DNA of 64,000 nucleotides from assembly GCA_977016875.1 (NCBI GenBank), contig CDRNST010000011.1, positions 806,001 through 870,000 on the forward strand, read 5' to 3'. Below the pieces are notes generated by a model, which searched no databases, was not told where the DNA came from, and was given only the letters and a program-made list of their open reading frames with translations. This DNA is from Pavona decussata. Its lineage: Eukaryota. Positions 49,934 to 61,964 of this stretch are shown in pieces. Made by a program: the position numbers and the translations under genes. Within the stretch, counting starts at the first letter, position 1, and each line of letters starts with the position of its first letter.

Positions 49934-51425
49934 GCTTCACCGGTGTTGTTCCCCTGGCCATCGGGTCAGGTTTTTTACGCCCCACGCCCCCACCCCCCTT
50001 CTGCCAGCAAGGGCGTGTGGTGGGGGTTCGACGGGCCCGCTTGCGTTTACCCTTCGTTCCTTGTAGCTGCCGTTTCTGCTCTCAGCAGCCCTGCTTTGGG
50101 GGGTTCGTGGCTCAGTGCTGCCATCAACTGGACCTGCAGCACATGGCCTATTGGTGACAGGTTGTCGTTTTCTGAAAATCCCTTTCCTCTACCGTTTGGT
50201 GCTTGTCATGGTTGTCCTGACGGGTTCTGTCAGTAGTCAACAGTTGCGTTTCCGTTTTCCTGTTCGCGGGTCCTTCGCCCTCCAAGCACTTGGAGTGCGA
50301 GGTCTGGGTGGTTGCCGCTCACAGGGTTGCCATGGTTTCGCACCTCGCTTAGCTCACTTCACCTGTGGCACCACCGGTCTTTCAGGCACCAACCCCCAAG
50401 CTCATCCACTAACGATGAGTTTAATTTAATGTTGGCCCCCATTGGCTGTTGCATTCACCCTGCCTCTGTGTAATTTAATTTCTTATTTTTGGATCCTTGA
50501 AATTAATTTTATATTTTCTTTGATGTCATATTTACTCGGAGCATTAAAATACAGAAATAAAAATACAATGAACATTGTAGATAACCTAGTTCGTCACGAG
50601 CTCAGTAGTTAGCACATAGATATCACCACATAACTGTTCCTAGCAGCATACAAGACGTGTAACACATTTATGAGGCTAGAAAATACCCCAGCTCACTAAC
50701 GGTTTTTCTGTAGAGCAGTGGTTAGAACTTGGATCATTTGAACATGATCCTTGTACTAACCAGGGCATAAACGTCCAGTCTTGAAATCAATAATATTTGT
50801 ACACCAAATAATACTAATTTCTCGTAAAACAGTCCACTTTACTATCCAACTCCACTTAGTACTGTTCGAATAACGTGCGAAACGAGTAGAAATTAATACG
50901 GCGCGATATTCGACCACTTAGTAATTTGTGCAGTACAAAACCGGTTTGGTGGTCCGGTTTGCTGGTTATTCCTACGCGCACGCTCATCTTGTATTAGTTT
51001 TACCTAATAATTCTTTACTGTTTATCAAAATTGGAAATCACTCTACTTTGATAATAAATCTCTTATTAGATGTTCATTTGGCTGTGTGGTATAGCTCTAT
51101 ATTTACTCGTTGATTGTATTAAGCCTCGCCAACACAGCACAACTTGTAAAAGGCGATACTACAGACCAAAAAGTCTAATAAGATATATGTACAGTGTATT
51201 CCACAGAAAATCTTGGCATAACCAATGAATCGCCTAGATATATGTTGAACGTCTGCCTTAGACTGAAAGGCCAACATGAGGGCGAGAGATAAATTGATAA
51301 AACCTTTTACTGTTTCCCTGAAAACTCCTTTAATTACTGTATTTGAGCTACAGTATTCATGGCAACAGATCAGTCTTGAAAAACAATAACTATGATATAC
51401 ACATCATACGGCTTGATGTAACTGT

Positions 51426-54400
51426 TTACAGTGCATTCTCCTCTTGAAGGCGTGACATGAGGTTTCTACTCTGGCACAAAGCTTGATAGAAGCTCTGAAT
51501 CTCAGCAAATGAAGACTCAATAGAGGTCAGGACCCCCACCTACAATTAAAACATAAAACAAACATGTACAGTACAACAGACAAAAAAACACCAAAAAACA
51601 CCTCGCAGATACGCTTGGAATTTCACGACAGCAACCCCCGGCCGATCAATCACATGGATCGCTCCGAACATGAACAGCAAACAGGTTGATTTAATGGTAA
51701 CCACCGTCGTTTTCCGTTTTTGCCAACTGAAGGAGAAATTGTACAGACTTGCATGGAGAAGAACAGCTAAAATTTGGTTGCTATTTAAGTGAGCCTTGAC
51801 AAGTTTCCATTTGCTCCAGTAAACACTAGCCAGGAAATCCTGACGAATGAGTTTAAACTCTGGAAGGAAAATAGAATAACTGCAGGGTTGTAAAAACTCG
51901 ACCAAAAAGGTATAAATGATCCACCTACCAGCTGGCCATCTGCCAGGGAGAACGTTCTTATCCATGAAACATTTTCTAGTAATGTTGGAAAACTGGCAAG
52001 GTTTGAGGAAATCAAAGGCAAAATCTCTGCTGTGTTCCTATTGAGAAAAAATCAAAGAATGATCATGAGACTCTACCCTGACGAAATCAACAGGGAGAAT
52101 GGACTTGAAATTCCAGAAGTTTGGATGCCTACATGTACAATCAAACAACACTACAGTTTGAATTATTTTAAGATCAAACTGCTTGGCACCGTACGGAATC
52201 TTGATGTTAATCATAAAACTAAGCAATTATCACCGTTGTCGTGTTGGAATTACTTGTGGTTATTATGAACAGGGATCAGTTGGATGGCTGTCCCTCAACA
52301 TCACTACATGCAGTGTTAAATGACGGTCACCTCAACAAATGCAAAGAGCTTTGTGGATATGTACCACCAGATGCAGCTGGCGTTACGAAAAGCATAATAT
52401 GTTGACAAATCACCAGGCCTTCTAGTCTTCTAATAGTTAGCTTTAGCATTACATTTTTACACGACCCCTCAAGCTTGTAAGCTTTAAAATTTTATTTTGT
52501 ATAAATAAAGGTCATCTATCTTTAAAGGGCAAGAATCACTGAGATTAGTGTCGTTTCAAAAACACAGAATGTTGTTGAATTAAAGGAGCACCGTCACGGA
52601 GATTTTGCTGTATTTTGACCAAAATTACTCAAACATTTAACGTAGAACTTTTTCTCTAACATGAAATTGTTCGTAGACTCGCACCGGGAGGAAAATATCA
52701 ACTGATCCTTCAATGAAGAACGAACAATAAACCTGTTTTAAGCAGTTTCTCCAAAATACACAGAAAGAACTTGAAAAAATTGGCCAATTCTTTCAGTTGT
52801 AATCCATTTCCATCCAAGCCATCCGCGGCAAAAGATAACAAATACTAGCTTATGTATTCTTGTAGGGCATTTGTTAACAATACTAAACCATTACTTTAAC
52901 ATTCCCATCAATACAAATATGTTTTTACGCTGTACGAAGGCACGCTAAAACTGGTGACACTGCCCCTTTAACAGAATAATGGTCCAGTTTTATCGAAAAG
53001 TGCCACTCCAGTGTACTGACTGAAACAAGACTGTCGTGATTGTCTCTGATCATAGATGAACTGGGTCAGAAAGGACTGCGACTTGAAAAAAGGTTAGGTC
53101 ATTTATTTTCAAGTTCTTGAATTTTCGACTTCAAAATGCACTAGAACAGATCATTAGTTGTCCCTTTCAAGAATTCATTCTATTTCTTTTGCTCGGTGTT
53201 CTAATGTTGTTTTGCAACTGAGGTATTATTGCACACATTTTAACCGCAAAAGGTCAAACTCCACGTGACACTTCCCTTTAAACTTTTTTTACTTACTTGT
53301 GATGGGCGGCATCTATCTCCAAGAATTCACCTACAAACGGTTGCTGCAGTCTGGAGATGAGTTCATCCTTTGTCTCAATGACTGCTGACAACTGGCTAGA
53401 GATCCGTTCTAACTGATGGCATCTTTGTCCTGTACATCGGTGAATAATGTTGTTACTTTGAGGAGCACATTAACGTTGTTTTGCAAAACAACACAACTTG
53501 AAATTACCAAAAGCTGTTCATGGCTGTGCATTGGCGTCAGAAATATTTGCTGGCTTCATTATTTTGAAGCTATCAAAATAATATTCCTCACAGCATTATT
53601 AAAGGGGAAGTGTCGGGGTTTTTGACCAGTTTTGTTAAAAACTTAGCTACAAATTAATTTTAGAACAACGAGAGAAAAGAAATCAACTCAATTTTTGAAA
53701 GGAACAACTCGTGATCTGTTCTAGAGCATTTTGGAAACATAAATGTGAGGACTTGATTAGCCCGACATTTTTCAAGTTTCCATCCATTCCGACCTACTCT
53801 GTCTCTGGCCAGAGGCACTAATCGACAGTTTTTAAAAATTGCACTGGGGTGATAATTTAACTAGACAATTTTGTTTTTGTTTCTGTTGACAGACAAACAT
53901 TTTTGGGTTTTGAAATATCAAATTCGTGTGATACGTCCCCTTTAAAAACAACCTAAACATCAGTTGCTATAGTGTAGAAAGCCAATTAGCAGCAGTTTAT
54001 AGTTAAATCACCCTAGAGGAATAACATTTCTCATTTGATTACAATATAATCTCTTCCTGAAAGCACAATTAGTGCTAATCAGGGAATAAATTCAACCCAC
54101 TTTGCGAGGTTGATTAGCTCACTCATTGGCACAAGCTGATGGAAGTCAATGTTTGTTAACTTGGTTCAAGAAATGGAGGAAACCAATACTGATTAGAAGT
54201 AGTTCCTGTTTGCAAGTTTAAGACGAATGAACTGAATTTATGGCAGAAAAAAACAACAACTGAGCCTACCTAGTATGTCCACATGAGTAATGTCCTTAGT
54301 TTCAGCTTCTTTTAAATGGCACTGAATTTCAAGGTTTACCTTTGGAAGTAAAAAAAGTGTGACATCAAGACAGAAATCTCTTAAATAACATTACTGTTAC

Positions 54401-57400
54401 TATTAATAATACTAGTATTTAGAACCCAAACCCAGATTCGTGTATTCTGTTGAAAAATAATTTACCTTGCACTATCTAAATCAGTCCCTGATATTTGAAA
54501 CAATTTTTATATCTTAGGAGGCGGTTATCACAGGCTATTGGCTATCTCTCAAACATAAGATCCTGCAAACTGCCAGGACTTCAATGTCAATGTGTGGCAT
54601 GTGAGCAATAGAATGACTATGATGGTATATTGTAAGCCTGGTGAATAACCTAGAAAAACAAAAACCTAGTTCCCAAAACGCCCCAATTCAGTGGTAGATC
54701 ATCCAATCTAGCAATCAGAAGGTGATAGCTTCAACTCAAGTTAAAGAGAACTTAGATTTCTTCTTTTCAAGTATGAAAAATCCTAACAGTACATGTATGC
54801 AGGATGTTTGTCACATGAACCTAGTGTTTAATAGCGGCCTCCTGCTCATGAGTCTCCTGTAGCTCAGTGGTAGACTGAACATTAATTTATTTTCATTGCA
54901 CTTAAGTAATCAGAAGGTGGTGGGCTCAACTCCTGTTCAGAGAACTCAGATTTCTTCTTTTCAAGTGTGGCAAATCCTAACAGTACTTGTATGCAGGATG
55001 TTTGTCACATGAACGTACTTTTTAATAATGGCCTTCCTCTCATGAGTCTCCTGTAGCACAGTGGAAGAGCATAAAATTTTACACTTGTAATCGGAAGGTC
55101 ATGGTTTCAACCACTGTAAGGAGAACTCAGATTTCTTTTTTCAGAGTATGCCTGTGTCACTGATTGAAATAATATATCATTCTGTATTCATTTATTCATT
55201 TATTTATTTCACCCATAGAAGTGCTCACTCAGTAAATTTCTATTATGTACCTGTATTTCACTTTGTAAACGAATGGCAAACTTAACTACAAAATACATGT
55301 AAGAGTTGTAATGCTAGGGGATTATTAGGTATGGTATTTTGACACTGTTTTGCAATTGGTTTTGTTGTATATTTTTAGTGTTTTAATGTAGGAGGGTGAA
55401 CAGATGGATTAAAAAAAATTGTCATTACATGCATGTGACTAGTGACAGTCTCCAACTGCGCAACAGAGAGAAACATCCCAAAATTAGGCTAAGATATGGG
55501 CACTTTTAAGGATGATGCCTACTACTAAAGAAGTACATGTATTTTTGTGTGACTTATGACTATGCAGAGAAAGCAGACCTTAGCAAGGGCTATTGAAATC
55601 CATAAAGAAAATTGGGGGTAACCATGCAGTTTTTAGAGATTTTTTTTTCCCAAATTGAAGCTTTATTACTGTATCTCTGAAAAATGCATTGCTACCCCAA
55701 ATATTCTTTTTGGATACCAAGAGCACATGCTTTTAAGTCCTGCTTTCTCCTCATAGTTTTAAACTGCACAAAAACACACCACCCATATGAAACCCTAGTA
55801 TCTCGAGATTTGGAGAATGTATGCGCAGTAACAAAAGTAGGCACCGTCCTTAAGTCATAAATCCTCCATACAAATTTTCTAATCTTGCACTGATTCCCAC
55901 AGTTTTGAACTGGTGCAAAATGAGAGATTTATATGGAAAAAGCTTAAAAGTCCCATATCACAGCAAAAATTGCAGCAGTGCAGTGCTATAAGGCTAGTAG
56001 TATATGTGACGCCGTGTACTTTTGTCCGTCTTCACGTTTTTAGTTGTGCTTTGTTTGTTTGTTTGTTTGTTTGTTTTGTTTGCTAAAGAAAAGTATTGTA
56101 TAAACACAGGAAAGGAAAAGGAAAAAATAAACAAATAAAAAATAGGAAAAAAATCTCTTCATAATTTTGTAAGTAGTAGATAGCTTTTGGTAACAGATGT
56201 AAAGTATTGTTAGCTGTAGACAAAGTTCATTGTAAGTCAAGTATTCTAAGCAAAGTATTGCAAGCCGTGTAGTGTTAGTAGTGTAATTTACGTCTTTACA
56301 AATGTATTACTGCTTAATAATTATGATAATAAAAAAGTGTTTTGATATTTAAAAAATACACATTAAAAGTCCCATATCACAGCACAAATTGCAGTAGGAG
56401 GTTAATATTGGGCAAGTGGAGGTTTTCATGATGTTCTTTCTTGGTGAGTCACCACTTTGGTACTCGTTATAACGGGGGGTGGGGGGGGGGGGGTACGCTC
56501 TATAATGGCCTGTACAGGGAGGCTCCGCCCAAAAGGGGTACCTTTTTCACCCTTCAGGTATATGAAAGGGTAGGGATTTCACGAGTCGAAGTATATGAAA
56601 GGGTTGGGAAATCTGTCATTTAGGTACTTAAAAGGACCTTTCCTTATTTTGCAATGGAAGGTATACAAAAGGGGTACATAAAAGGGTTAGGGGTTGGACC
56701 TCTGGGCAGAGCCTCCCCATACTGAATTTTTTTGAGTACCCCCCCCCCCCCCCGGGCATTATAATGCCAAATTTTCAAGGAAAAATTCAAACAAACCTGT
56801 GTAAATGCAAAGTAAACCAAACTAGTTGTATATGCTATATGTGATCATTAACCATTGGGGTTACCTTGTCCAAAGCTTTACCAAGTCTTGTGATTTCTCT
56901 CAGCAATCTTATCAGTGCCACTGATGGAGAGCTTGTATCTGCTTTTCTTGTGATCTCTTCAGTATTTACCTTCCTCTGCAGGACAAAAAAATTACTTACT
57001 TTGAAGAAAATGATTTAAAGGGGAGGTATCATGGGGTTTTTGACCTCTTCCGTCAAAAATGGTGAAATAAGACCTTCACTTTCCTACAAAATAATTCTAG
57101 AACATGGAGAGGAGAGAAATCAACTTAATTCTTGACAAGAAAAACTCGTACTCTTTTCTAGCGCATTTTGGAAACAAAAATATGAAAACTTGAAAAACAT
57201 TAGCCTAAGATTTTTCAAGTTTCAATCCATTCCGACCAACTCTGTCTCTGGCTAGAGGCACTAATCGACAGTTTTATTGCACTGGGGTGATAATTTATAC
57301 TAAAACTTGACAATAATTTTTTGTTTTTGTTGTCAAACAAACATTTTTGGATTTTGAAATGACATTAATTTTCGTGATACTTCTCCTTTAAGCTTTAAAC

Positions 57401-58993
57401 AAGCTTTCAAAGTGGCTATGTAGTAAGAAATAAATTATGCTTATTTTAAAGGCCTTTCAAAATGACAAATAATGGCGTTTTCTTTTCTGAATTATCTTCT
57501 CTAGTTCAAGATATATTTTGTTTTTGTTCAAAGATAAATCACAAAAGCAAGAATATCTGGGGAAATATTGAAGTGATGCTACTAAAACTTGGCATCAGTA
57601 ATGTACCTCTGATAATCTGAATTGGCAATGGCTCACACAAAGCGCTTTTGCAAGTAAAATATATCTTTGAAAGGCCTTTCAAATCGGCATAAATTATTTT
57701 CTCTTCATATGCACTTTGAGCTTACATGTATCTACATGCACTCATGCCAACTCTCCCGGATTATCCGGGAGTCTCCCGGATACGGAACGAATCTCCTAGT
57801 CTCCCGTACGGGTGACTAAACCTCCCGGATAATAGCGACTTGGCGGCTTATTTGTATAATAGGCCAGTATTTCAACTCAAATGTTCCATAAATTTAAGAA
57901 ATATTGTGTCATGGCTTCATTCCCATACCTGTTTTACCCAGTCTGCCACAAGCTTTGACGGAAACCAAAGAAAATACGCTTTTGTCATCATTGCAATATA
58001 AACGACTTTCTGATTGGATAAACGTTCAACCAATTAAAGAGCAGGACAAAAAAAGCTCTAGCGTTGTGCGAATTTTGTGCCAACAAGGTGGGAGGGGGGG
58101 GGGTAGGTGCATCAATTTTGCTTAGGGGGGATGGGAGGGTAATAAAGGGGGGGGGGGGGTGCTCAGAAGAAAAAATCTCCAGATTTCAGATCTTCAGAGG
58201 TTGGCATCATTGACATGTAGAAATAACAATATAGTCTAGTCTTTCGTTGTCTTTTCTGATATCTGGCTTGCAAATAAAATCTAGAATGCACAAAATGACG
58301 AGCAGTAAGCTTTAAGCTTAAATGCAATAGGCCTTATCACGGTTTTCGACGCCATTTTGACGGGTAGGCAAACAGGCTGGAAGTAACAGTGTTTGTATGG
58401 AAATCCGATGTCAAATAATTTTCATAAAACATCGCTTCTAAAAAATTCATGAATTCGAAACTTTTGGTACTAGAGAAACTATTTCAAGAACAAAATTGGA
58501 GGGCTGTAGCTATGACAGAGAGCGTCCAGCCGTGTTTTGAACTTTCCATACATTTGTCTGTATGGCGAACCAGCCGTGAGCTGCTGCTAAAAATAGTTCG
58601 CGGGAAAAAATACAGGGAAATGTATGGGAAGTTCAAAACTCGACTGGACGCTTTCTGTCACAGCTACATCCCTCCAATTTTGTTCTTAAAATCCTTTTCC
58701 TAGTACAAAAAGTTTCCAATTCATGAATTTTTCAGAAGCGATGTTTTATGAAAATTATTTGACATTGGATTCCGATACAAACACTGTTATTTCAAGCCTG
58801 TTTGCCTACCCGTCAAAATGGCGTCGAAAACCGTGATAAGGCCTATTAAGCTTGAATAATATAAACTTACCCTGTCGATATGGCCGCATTTTTCAGCAAA
58901 AGTTTGAATATTTTGCAAAGATCCGACGTAAATATATGTTGAAGACGGTGACCACGGATTTCCAGTATCCTCGACAAAGGATGAACGAAACAT
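51426..58993 (-). CDS. HAUS2: HAUS augmin-like complex subunit 2 (219 aa, 6 exons: 58993-58871, 56975-56865, 54339-54270, 53429-53297, 52037-51929, 51539-51426)
   Basis: All introns are GT-AG with consistent phases (0,0,1,2,0). The protein has NPWSPS, VNLEIQ...ETKDITHVDILGQRCHQLERISSQLSAVIETKDELISRLQQPFVGEFLEIDAAHHK, matching the HAUS2/CEP27 pattern as I recall it. Confidence 0.88.
52526..53277. mobile_element. Kolobok-type MITE with a second TTAA MITE (52584-52967) nested inside
   Basis: Outer ttaa|agggcaagaatcac...gtgacacttccct|ttaa. Inner ttaa|aggagcaccgtcac...gtgacactgcccct|ttaa. Confidence 0.75.
53603..53941. mobile_element. Kolobok-type MITE
   Basis: ttaa|aggggaagtgtc...gatacgtcccct|ttaa. 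Confidence 0.8.
54560..55190 (+). mobile_element. tRNA-like element: inverted leader plus three decayed head-to-tail units
   Basis: tRNA-like heads near 54690, 54851 and 55044. The segment 54560-54650 is in the opposite orientation. Confidence 0.75.
55510..55849. mobile_element. TTAA-flanked MITE
   Basis: ttaa|ggatgatgcctact...agtaggcaccgtcc|ttaa. Confidence 0.75.
56470..56757. mobile_element. G/C-run terminated MITE
   Basis: gggggggtac...gtacccccccccgg inverted ends; gggaggctccgccc / gggcagagcctccc. Confidence 0.65.
57019..57387. mobile_element. Kolobok-type MITE
   Basis: ttaa|aggggaggtatca...tgatacttctcct|ttaa. Confidence 0.8.
57742..58209. mobile_element. MITE, possibly hAT-like
   Basis: atgccaactct...aggttggcat inverted ends with ctcccgg subterminal repeats. 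Confidence 0.5.
58329..58844. mobile_element. Near-perfect foldback MITE (AT TSD, ISL2EU/PIF-like)
   Basis: at|aggccttatcacggttttcgacgccattttgacggg...cccgtcaaaatggcgtcgaaaaccgtgataaggcct|at. The arms pair over more than 200 bp. Confidence 0.88.
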
Positions 58994-59498
58994 TATATGC
59001 CGTTGTCGGCGACAATTAAACAATGAACTGACTCGCGCTTGCACAAAATAAAAGATGGCGACCAGTGGAGGTTTGTAACTCCCGCTTCATGTATCCGACA
59101 ATGGAAAACCTTCTAAATAAGGGAGGGGTGGCTTGCGCTTCCAACGGGGAACTCAGCACAAAAATAATGTTTTCCACAAATTAAAGAAAAAATTTTACAG
59201 GGAAATGAATTAATTATGAATTTTCAAGCCACACTCTAATTGACCCAAAAAATGTCTGATAAACTGTTGAATGTGTATGAGCCCAAACTTACGGGCTTAG
59301 CTTCTCCCCAAGAGTGGAGTTCAATTGAATCTTTAAAACGAGGCTTGACTGTAAACATGGCGCCCTTGAGTAATCTGTAGCAAAATTGCTCTTGTTGTCT
59401 TTTTCATCGCCTTCCTTCGAGAAATCATGCACAGAAATTTCCATGAAATGAATGGCTTAACATGATCTTGAATGAAAGACGGGGGGTGGTAAAAAAGC
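58994..59498. promoter_or_regulatory. Putative bidirectional promoter (HAUS2 / F-box-LRR)
   Basis: Divergent ATGs 505 bp apart. YY1-like aagatggcg near 59052 and aacatggcg near 59354. Confidence 0.6.
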
Positions 59499-61277
59499 AT
59501 GGCCACCGTAGAGCGAGATGGTGATCAAGGTATCGACGTGGGAATCACTTTACCATCAGAACTTTGGCTGGCTATTTTCAAGAAATTTCACCCCATATAC
59601 GATGATCTCTTTGCCCTGAGTTTAGTGTGTAAGAATTGGCTAAGCCTTATCTTCACAAATCCAGATCCTACTCTTTGGGAAAACGTCACCCTACGAAATG
59701 CGAGGAACTGCAGCTACGAAAGCAGTGTTCTCATTAGATTCAAGACCATCATCAAAAGATTTGGCCATTTTGTGAAGGTTATTCGCCTGCAAAAATGCCA
59801 CGAACTTTTCTCCGAAATTCTCCTCCTGTACGCCTCTTCTCTTTCTGTTTTGAATACACTTGAAATTGCTGGAATGTCTTGGTCTAAAAGACTTCTCAGA
59901 GAGCTGAGATGCCAGAAATCGCTGAGGAACGTCTTTTTGGAAGCTTCACTTATTCCAGATGGACTTTTTAATGAGGCTGATTTAAAGTACGTTGTTGAGA
60001 GTTTTCCTCAGATGAAAAACCTCAGCTTGCAATATTCAGTGATCAAGTCAGACTCAGTAAATGCCGTAAAGGAAGTTGTGTCTTCCAAGTACAGCAGTCA
60101 TATAACGTCTCTGCTGCTAGAGAGAGCACGGTTGGAGGCCCTTGATCTTGAAGACACTGTTAAGAAATTACAAGGACTGAAAAAATTTAGTTACGGGAAT
60201 GATCAAATTCATGGTTTGCCATCCATTCAGCAACTTCAGTTGACTTCCAAGTCACTGTCAGAAATGGACTTATTTCAGATTGGGGACTTTGCTGAGTTCC
60301 ATTTTGCATTCCCCCATCTAAAGAAGATGATCCTGAATGGATGTACCTCTGTGTGTGAACTGAACATTGATGCCTCTTCATTAAGAACACTACATCTACT
60401 ACTCTGTGTTGAGGTGCGTAACCTGAATAGAATCTCTGCAAATTCCTTGCATGAGTTGAAACTTAGAAGATGCAATGCTCTTATTCCAGCTGAACTGATC
60501 AGTCTTTTGGTTAGAAACCCAGACATCAAATCACTTGAGCTTGAGGTGTACTGGACAAGTTTACGACTAGATCAGCATTCAGCTCCTTCACTGGAAAATA
60601 TCACTATATTTGACAATGGTGAACGTTTAACGTTAGTTGACATTCGCTGTCCCAAACTGCAGTATCTGCTGATCAGAAAGTCAATGACAAGGTCCACCAT
60701 TTTAAAAGCTGTGTCAATATCTTCACGTGATGTCAACAAGGTTGTACTTAATGATGTACCATACCTTCGCAAAGTCACTATTGATGCCAACACAGTCAAG
60801 TACCTTGAAGTAAACTTTGAAAGGAGGTTGGACCATGTTAAACCTGCTGAATTTACAAAGCTGAATTTTAAAAACAGATCATGCACTGTCAAAATCAGCC
60901 ATCTTGTTTTGAAGCGGTGTAATCTCAAAGCACTAGTATTCTCCCAGTGTAATGTTCGGCATATATCCCTGGAGTATTGTAATCTTGACTGCCCTGTGAG
61001 TGATCTCATTCAACAGTGTGGTGTGGTTGAGTCACTGACCTTGACGAACTGTTATGGACCATGTCAGCTCAACTTGAGTAGTGACCATCTCAGAGAAGTA
61101 CATGTTGTCTCCTGTACGTCCCTACTAATGGATCACATCAATTTGGCTTGCCCATCTCTTGAAGTACTTAATGTTTCTGGACTGTCCTTTTTGCCAAGCC
61201 AGGAAGAGGTAGATTACATTGCCAGTAATGTCAGAGAGCTCTCTCCATTTCTTGGAACTGTTAAATTTTCACATTAG
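59499..61277 (+). CDS. F-box/LRR-repeat protein (592 aa, single coding exon)
   Basis: F-box LPSELWLAIF...LSLVCKNW...LWENV, followed by many cysteine-containing LRRs (LxxLxLxxC, CPxL). Confidence 0.92.
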   Translation: MATVERDGDQGIDVGITLPSELWLAIFKKFHPIYDDLFALSLVCKNWLSLIFTNPDPTLWENVTLRNARNCSYESSVLIRFKTIIKRFGHFVKVIRLQKCHELFSEILLLYASSLSVLNTLEIAGMSWSKRLLRELRCQKSLRNVFLEASLIPDGLFNEADLKYVVESFPQMKNLSLQYSVIKSDSVNAVKEVVSSKYSSHITSLLLERARLEALDLEDTVKKLQGLKKFSYGNDQIHGLPSIQQLQLTSKSLSEMDLFQIGDFAEFHFAFPHLKKMILNGCTSVCELNIDASSLRTLHLLLCVEVRNLNRISANSLHELKLRRCNALIPAELISLLVRNPDIKSLELEVYWTSLRLDQHSAPSLENITIFDNGERLTLVDIRCPKLQYLLIRKSMTRSTILKAVSISSRDVNKVVLNDVPYLRKVTIDANTVKYLEVNFERRLDHVKPAEFTKLNFKNRSCTVKISHLVLKRCNLKALVFSQCNVRHISLEYCNLDCPVSDLIQQCGVVESLTLTNCYGPCQLNLSSDHLREVHVVSCTSLLMDHINLACPSLEVLNVSGLSFLPSQEEVDYIASNVRELSPFLGTVKFSH

Positions 61278-61964
61278 AAACATATGGAGTACTGACTTAG
61301 GATGCAAAAAAATGAGCTTCATGTTACCTTGACAATCATACAAAGTGAACCTGTTTCTGAGAGCAAATGCAAGAAAAACATCCAGAGAAACAAGTTACCA
61401 ATGCCATCTTGTGCATTTGTAAAATGCTATTGAAAGAAGCAAATTTCTGGCTTTGACCTTGTTCAAGCAAGAAGCCAAAAAAAAAAGGCAAATGTTATGC
61501 AATAAATAGTTTTAAGGATTCAGTAAAGAATGTTTAATTTACTGGACTACATGTATTGAGTTGCCACAAAATGTAATGACCTTAATAAAAGACACAGGTC
61601 AAGCCACCTAATCTGTTTAATGTTAAGACTGAACATTAACATTGCGTCTCTGCAGCTTCATCTCCAGCCGTCCTTGGCCTGGGGTGCAACTGAATGTGAC
61701 CTCTGAGCTGACTGGGAAAGAGTGCATCATGCTCTACCCCAGGCCTCCAAGATAAAGCTCAGTTTGCTGGATTAGTGCAATGAGGGCTGGGAATGAGAAT
61801 GGCATCACCGTACTTTATAACAATGATTATTTTTACTTAATTAGTTTCATCATTAATACCAAAAGCGTTTGGAAAATCAGCAAAGATTTTCACATTCAAG
61901 AAATAGCAGTGAAACAGTCATTAAATTTCTCAAGGAAAGTAAACTTTGAAGATCTCTGTCAAAC

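Larger units (their letters stand above)
45562..50425 (+). mobile_element. Ngaro-type (DIRS order) tyrosine-recombinase retrotransposon
   Basis: GC-rich block with gag, RT/RNase H and YR in order and no methyltransferase domain. Ends approximate. Confidence 0.92.

Noticed and set aside
60187-61009. Antisense and alternate-frame ORFs over the F-box gene (likewise over the membrane genes and Ngaro ORFs)
   Set aside because: Shadow ORFs of real coding sequence with no recognisable motifs.
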